This document shows positions 56,919-64,000 of a stretch of DNA of 64,000 nucleotides, piece after piece. Origin of the DNA: Chrysomallon squamiferum (lineage: Eukaryota; Animalia; Mollusca); NCBI GenBank assembly GCA_012295275.1, contig CM022671.1:18786001-18850000 (forward strand), written 5' to 3'. The notes below the pieces were generated by a model, which saw only the letters and a list, made by a program, of their open reading frames with translations, was not told the DNA's origin and searched no databases. Both the position numbers and the translations under genes were made by a program. Positions within the stretch are counted from its first letter, which is position 1. Each line of letters begins with the position of its first letter.

Positions 56919-57337
56919 TTTATGTTTTTATTTTATTTTATTTTTTATAAATTTTATATTATTTTATTTTATTTCGAGCAGTAAAAGAAAAGATTCAGTC
57001 ACCAATCACGAACTATTCAAACGCACACCAATTCTTTCTGGCAGACCGGAAGTGTATGAATTACGACATCCGTGACAGTAGTCTGGATTTTAAAATGGAC
57101 AGTTGTGACTCGCTCATCGATATACCGGAAGTCTCGATTGACAGTGTTGATTCTGTTTGCGTAGGATCAGAAATTCGGTGTACCAGCGAGTCAACGAGTT
57201 CAGCATCTTCAACAAGTCTGGACTGGGATTCAAGTCTGCCACTTTCCAGTGACTATATTTCGACAAACAATTTGTCACTCACATCTGAGAGATTAAACAG
57301 TTCAGTTCAATGGACTTTCCGAAACATCGCAGTTTGA
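53478..57337 (+). CDS. Ankyrin repeat protein (~279 aa, about 4 ANK repeats) with a Ser/Asp-rich C-terminal tail
   Basis: Exons 53478-53737, 55501-55724, 56982-57337; phases 2 and 1 match. Motifs GTALFWASCRG, GSTPLHAAA, GDTPCHLAAYRGH, LPVHEA. Confidence 0.9.
55501..55724 (+). CDS. Ankyrin gene exon 2
   Basis: TTCCAG|A CTT CTT TTA AAA CAT GGA GCC (LLLKHGAKVN); donor G|GTGAGG. Confidence 0.9.
56838..56883. repeat. 46-bp perfect palindrome centred on (TA)n
   Basis: TGTATTTTTTTCTGTTATATATATATATATAACAGAAAAAAATACA is its own reverse complement. Confidence 0.92.
56982..57337 (+). CDS. Ankyrin gene exon 3 (Ser/Asp-rich tail)
   Basis: Acceptor GAGCAG| after a T-rich tract; phase 1 joins exon 2 in frame with ORF 57056-57337. 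Confidence 0.75.
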
Positions 57338-58579
57338 TCTCAGTCAGAACGACATTAATCTCAAAACCTAACGAGCTGAATTTAAAATACATACGTTTTA
57401 CTTACCTTTGTTTAGAAAGCAACCTGTTTACTTGGTTGTTTTGTGCTGTTTAGTTAATAATAAATTCATTATTTATTTGAATAATTATGTTTTTTAAGTC
57501 AAATATGGGGAAATATGGAGTGCAATTATTTTGTTATTATTGATAATTTGTGATCGTCTTTCAGAATTTTGTGAAGATTATTATCATTTTTTTTTCAAAT
57601 GATATTTTTGCTTAAATAAAATTCTAGTCTCACAAAAGCTATCCCTGCATAAAATTTATAATGCAAATAAATAATTTAAATTTATCCGTACAGAAATCCC
57701 TTAATGTTGTGAGTTAGACGTTGTGACTACGAAAGTGTTTCTATCAACCTCTGTTCATTTCTGTGATATTTTGAATTTGACAGGAAATGAATAATTGTGA
57801 CTAATAAATGGAATTAAAATTTATATATGGATGGATGTACGGATGGTGTTATTTATATTTCGTAAAGGGGGTAGGATTAATGTTTTTTTTTAATATTATT
57901 AAGTCATTTTGCATTATTGTTTGATTATATTATTGTTGTTGTTGTTGCTATTATTATTATTATTATTATTATTATTTTTTTTTATTTTTTTTTATTACTT
58001 AATTGTTTTGTTATTTTGTTCGTTGTTATTAATTTTATTATTTTTTGGTTGGGTTTTTGGGGGGTGGAGGTTAATTTTCAAAAATTAACTTAAAGATATT
58101 TAGTATTCATTTAAATATTTTATAAAAACTGGCTACAGGACAAAAATAAATTGTAATTAACCTGTGATGTACAGAGTCATATTCTGTTTTTCTTTCTTTA
58201 TTATTTTTTGCTGCAGTATTCACATGGTCTGTCTGTCGTTTATAATATGTGTTGTCACAAGTTACTAGAATTTTAATGTCAGTATTTAAAAATGAATGTA
58301 AAAATATATATTTTTATAGATAATGTACTTGTTTTGTTTTCTGTTTAATTTTTTTTTTTTTTTTTTTAAACTTACCTCAAAAGATCTAACATATCATGAT
58401 CTCTAAAATAAAACGTAATCACCCTCAGCTTCCTCCTTTTATAATTTTTATTGTAACATATCCCAGGCGTTGTCACAGTTACATAAAATGTGCTCATAAG
58501 GGAAATATCATCTGTCAAAAGAAGAAGAATATCTACGTCAAACCTATCTGAATTAGTGACCCTCTTCCGCAATATTTTT

Positions 58580-58619
<40 letters not shown>

Positions 58620-58834
58620 TTCAGTTATTTTTCGGTTTCTTTGTGTGCTTCTTTTTGTTTTTCAGTTTGTATTCAAAGGAAAGCATTTAGTCTATTTGTA
58701 TTTATGAGGAACCACGTTTGTTTGCTAGTGTATGTATAAATAAATATTTCTATGATGATATATCTCATCATATTTTAATGTAAAAGGTATCAGTATCAGA
58801 TATACGTTTTTCTGAAACAACACATCACACAGAG

Positions 58835-59200
58835 GAAACCAGTTTCTTATATATTAGTTAGATTCTTGTTGATTGACAATGGCTAGTAGTTTCTTACAGA
58901 TTAAATAAGGAATTTAATTTCTTGTAGATGAACACGGAATGGCAGTTTCTTGAATATTAAAGAGGATGGTAGTTTCTTGAAGATTAACAAGAGATGATAG
59001 TTTCTAGAATTATAACAGATGATAGTTTCTTATAGTTTCATAACTGAGGGTGCTGATTTCTTAAAGATTAACAGAGGAGAGCAGTTTCTTGTAGATTAAC
59101 AAATGATGTTTGTTGTTAATTATCAAAGGATTATAATTTCATATAGACCAACAGAGGGTCTTATGGATTAACAAAGTATGATAGTTTATTGATGGTAGAC
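58835..59200. repeat. Degenerate minisatellite (~29-bp unit GTAGTTTCTTGTAGATTAACAGAG)
   Basis: AGTTTCTT..AGATTAA cores recur at ~30-bp spacing. Confidence 0.8.
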
Positions 59201-60353
59201 AGATATCTGAGCCACTGTCATGTACCCAGAGTTATTTTTAACATTTTGAATCTTAAAACACGTTTTAAAAAAAAAAAATGTTTAAAAAATTGGAAATTTG
59301 CGACCTGATATCCAGCCCTGTCGTATAAACAAGCACTCGCACGCATAGTGAATACATAGTCAAACACATGCAAACAATCAAACAACGACACTAGATATTC
59401 TCACATAAAGACATACTAATATGTTGAGTGGGCAGTTTTGTACACTAACGTGACTTTCTTGAAAAGGAAGTCTTCCCACTTCTCATAAAGTCTCTCTCTC
59501 TCCCTCTCTCTCTCTCTCTCTCAAGCATACACATACACAAACACAAAGACATATATGTTTGTGTACGTGTGTACTGGTATATGTTTGAAACTTCTATTAT
59601 TCTGATGGAAATTTGTTAGTATTTTCTTTTTCGTTTTTCTTTTTCTATCTTTTCTTTTCTCATTTATTTTTTTAATTTTTATTTAATTTTTTTTTTTAAT
59701 GCTAATCAATATTATTGTAGTCGATACATCTGTAAGAATTTTTAATTTGTTTGTCGGTTTTTATTTCAGTTATTATTATTATTATTTATATATTTTTTTA
59801 TTTTTTTTGTTTGTTTGTTGGTGTTGGTGGTAGTTGTGTTGTTGTTATTGTTGCTGTTGCTGTTGTTGTTTCTACTTCTGTTGTTGTTATTTTATTTTCG
59901 TTTATTTAATATTTTTATTTGATAGATTTCGATGATTTCATTTTACGTCTTTTTTATATAATTTTTTGGTTTTATTTTAAAGAATGAATTAATGAATATT
60001 TTACTACGTTTAAATATTAAGATTATTATTTTTTAGTCATATTTTTCTTGTTTAAAAATAAACAGAAAATGTTCTGTCATTACATCACATATTACAAACA
60101 TTGACATAGCAGAGCAGTATTTAACAAGAACGCAATGTTTGTAATCAATACACATTTAACGTCTTTGTAATATTCTGTTATTACCACTCAGTTTTATTAT
60201 CATAACGAAATCAGATTTTTATAGTCTGTTTCACATTCTTGACCACTGGTTGTAACAGGTAAATGGCAAAGTATTTGAACTGTTTCTGATAACGATGTTT
60301 AATCTTAAACACGGAACAATGATATCGCTTTATTAATTTTTAATTTATTATTA

Positions 60354-60394
<41 letters not shown>

Positions 60395-61587
60395 TTTTTT
60401 GTTTATTATTATTATTATTATTATTATTATAAGGGTTTTTCAATCTGTTTTTCGTCACAGATTAAAACTGTAGATGCCTTGTAGCGGATAGTACGAACTG
60501 ATCTTATGTCTTCAGGACTTGAAATTGATTGTCGATGTAAATAAGCTAATTTATTTATGAATTTATTAATTTTTTCGAAGGAGTATTTTCGTTTTATTTG
60601 TACTCTCATATATTCTCATATACATTTTGTTTATTCTGAAAACGAATGTAAATTTTTGGAAAATATATTATTTAATCAGAAAAAACAGGAAGATTTAAAA
60701 AATATATTTAGAAAAAAACTCTCTTGCCTAATTACAGTTGCACATACACATTCACTAAATAAATATTATTATTTCAATATCATCATCGTGGTTTTTTCAT
60801 CTTTTTTTTTTTTTTTTTTTTTCAGGGTTTTTTAAATTTATTTTCTATTTAAAATATATAAACGCTTCTATGAAAATATACTAATATAAACACATACATA
60901 TAGATTTGTTTATATTTACGGTACATTAATTTTAGATTTTATTCCTATGCCAGTTTCATATAGAATCCTATCTTATCATTAAATCATTAGTCATCAATAT
61001 ATATATATATATATATTCTTAACAAGAAACTTTCAAATACTCTGTCCATGCAGTTATACAGTAAAAGTTACATTTCAAAATTTCATATAATCAAAACAGC
61101 ATTCATTGAGAACGTAAAATAAAAACAATAAATCTTCACAGCTAGGAAGAAGTACCTCTAGAAAGCCAATCAAATCCAAGGATCTCCAAGTAACTAATTT
61201 GTAAAAAACCACTGAAGTGGATATAAATCTAATATTACTTGTTGAATGTAAATTTCAGTGTTAACTGTTAATGTCATCATATTTCAAAAAGACTGATGCA
61301 AAATGATTTAAATTCCTCATTATATTACATTCAAATACATTCATACATATATCCATAAATAAATGCATTTTCATTATTTTTTATCCATTCATACATACAT
61401 GCATTACATTGCATTATTACATACATACATACATACATACATTACATACATACATACATATACATACATTACATACATGTTTTTATGTATATATATACAT
61501 ACATACATACATACATAGATACATGCATAAGTAATGCACAGTAAAAAAAAAAAACAAACCGACAGACACAGAGCAAAAGAATAATGT

Positions 61588-61917
61588 GATGAAAACAACT
61601 TGTTTGTTGAAGTGTATTCAGGTAAGTTAACAGAAAAAAAAAAAAAAAAAAAACAAAAACAAAACAAACAACAACAACAACAAACAGACAAAGGAAAACG
61701 AAAAAGAATGAAAAAAGAAAAGATTATGCAGTAACATCAGTAATCAGATCCATTAAGTGTACTTTTATAACAATACTTTTACAGAGATATAAAATCACAA
61801 CACCGCAGTCGAGTGTCACAAGGGGCGTCTGACGTTAGTGAGTTCAAGATCCACGTTCATACTGACTGAGCAAAGTGTAATCAGAGGTACAAAAGGCAAC
61901 AGAATATTCAATCAAAA

Positions 61918-61948
<31 letters not shown>

Positions 61949-62032
61949 TGCGTATCATAATAGTAATTTGATGAAAACAATTTGTTTGTTAAAGTTTAAT
62001 TTCTTTTCAGGTAGATAAACAAATAGCTTCAA

Positions 62033-62079
<47 letters not shown>

Positions 62080-62157
62080 AAGATAAAAAAATTGATACAG
62101 TTACTTCAGTAATCAGATATCTTAAGTGTACTTTATCAGTAACATTATCTTTACAGA
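61588..62157. repeat. Diverged ~200-bp duplication with internal poly(A)
   Basis: GATGAAAACAAYTTGTTTGTT...CAGTAATCAGAT..TTAAGTGTACTTT at ~61588-61786 and ~61970-62157. Confidence 0.7.
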
Positions 62158-63491
62158 AACCAAAACCAACATATATATGTTTAACCAAACATACATACAT
62201 GTATACACACTCACACAGGCATACGCACACATATTTAACACGTGTGTATACAAAAATACACGCACAAATCCTAACATACATAAGTGACTATAATAACATC
62301 AACATACATAAAAAGAAACTAGAACAAGCGAAAAATACTTTAAAAGAATAAAAGAATAAAAGTAAAATAAAAACAACAACAGCAACAACAACAAAAACAA
62401 CAACAACAACAACAATAATAATAACCAATAATAAGCAAACTAAAATAATAATAATAATAATAATAATAATTCTTTTTGCTTTTCGTCAATAACCTGTGTG
62501 TATATAAATCAAGTGTCAGTTCGTGTCACGGTGAAAACCGGTTTTTGCGTTGAGTATACGTCACGTTGTAGTGAACGAAATTCCTGTCATTTATGGACGT
62601 ATTTCCTGTTGTTTCCCTTCACGTCATTGGATGAAGGGTAAATTGTCGTCTGCTTTGTTATCATGTGTCTGTTGCTGAAGTTGACCTGACGTGGTTAAAA
62701 AAAAAAAAAAAAAAAAAAAATCAGTACGTATACCTCTTTTGTGTTTGATAGATACAGGTAATTCGTTATCTTATCTTCTTATATTTCAAAATCCGGAACA
62801 CTACCGGTTTCAAACATTTCGGATTAAGGATTTTTAACCTGTAAAAAAAATCTTTGTCACTGTTAGCGTTGTGCAATAGAAGTAAAAAAAAAAAGAACAT
62901 TAATGTTTATAATAATAAAAAAATAAACTTCTTATGATCGTATCTTCTTAGAGACACGGGAACTTCGGCACGCTCACTCATTCACAAAGAGATATACACG
63001 ATTATGTTATTCATGTTGAAATTTAATTGGGTGCTTAAACGTGTGGTGATCATAACTGCAAATGTAATTCACAGAATCTCGATCTAAAAAACTTTGAATG
63101 ATAAGTGTTTCTCAGAAATATTATGTTGTTTTAGATATTTCTTTAAAAATATAATAAAAACTATTAAAAACTTTATTTTTAAAATAAATAAATAAAAACA
63201 AAATGACAACAAGAATAATAATTATAAATAAATAATGAAAAAAGAAAATATCTGTCACTCTCAACTGACTACTTACTCCATGTCTTATAAAGAGGTAAAA
63301 AACAAACAAATAGAAAGAAAAAAAAAATATATATATATATATAAAAAAAAAACTTGGAAATTATGATATGATTTATTACTTCAGAATTAGCAGTTTTACT
63401 GTTCTTCTTTCTGAAAATACTTTACTTGTGAAAAAAACTCGCAAAAGTGTCATTTACAATAATTGTCATTTCTATATTTTAAAATACATTC

Positions 63492-63623
63492 TTTAATGTA
63501 GATTTATTCTGGGCAAAAATATTTAGATTTAACGTGTTTAAAATCTAATGTTTTAAAATATATTTTTAATGTAGATTTAATCTTGGCAAAATATTTAGAT
63601 TTTTACGGATTTAAAATCTAATG
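63492..63623. repeat. ~73-bp tandem duplication
   Basis: TTTAATGTAGATTTA.TCT.GGCAAAA.TATTTAGATTT...TTTAAAATCTAATG x2. Confidence 0.8.
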
Positions 63624-64000
63624 GTTGAAAATAAACAGAATTTTATTTTACATTTTTTAAAAGTTTAATGGTAGATTTAGGTTGTGCAGTTGACTCGGTT
63701 ACACTTTTACTTCTATGAAATACAAACGGACGAACCTGAATAAGGAAATTCTTATACACTTTTTTATTATTGTTATTTTTTGAATTACATAGGATAAATC
63801 AAATACTTTTTGGTGAAGAAACGGATATTATATATCTGCTTATGTAATTTGTTTGTATGTTACTTACTGCTAAAAAAAATTGTTATAAATATTTTGGGTA
63901 TATTATATATTCCTTTAGATAGCTGATTCTTGCACACTCATCCCATTTTTAGTATATTAAAAAACAATCATCAACCTACTATGTTATAAAAATTAGAATT

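Noticed and set aside
53478-57337. Naming the ankyrin gene IkB/cactus or a specific ANKRD
   Set aside because: It has only about 4 repeats and no N-terminal DSGxxS degron; orthology cannot be set by eye.

Overview
AT-rich, microsatellite-dense animal genomic DNA with canonical GT-AG introns. The repeat style suggests a mollusc, possibly a cephalopod, but that is inference only. I reconstructed three spliced genes by hand and checked splice phases. (1) + strand <1..12427, 16 exons in the window, 5' end missing, at least ~1816 aa: EGF repeats, IPT/TIG, Ig-like folds, a furin-site-flanked Gly/Cys-rich cassette, a long module that resembles (from memory) giant bacterial surface proteins, one cadherin repeat, a Thr-rich stalk and a GPI-like tail. 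(2) - strand 34912..17169, 10 coding exons, ~917 aa: an N-terminal MGxxxS motif and a C-terminal KY/hillarin-type transglutaminase-like domain lacking the catalytic Cys. (3) + strand 53478..57337, 3 exons, ~279 aa: an ankyrin-repeat protein with a Ser/Asp-rich tail and a palindromic CCAAT-CRE-CCAAT plus TATA promoter. Genes 1 and 2 each need exactly one +1 frameshift inside an exon, and in both the zero frame ends at TGA-TG. Assembly indels are the likeliest cause, but recoding is testable. CpG content rises sharply near 17 kb. I could not support any tRNA, rRNA, CRISPR array or autonomous transposon.
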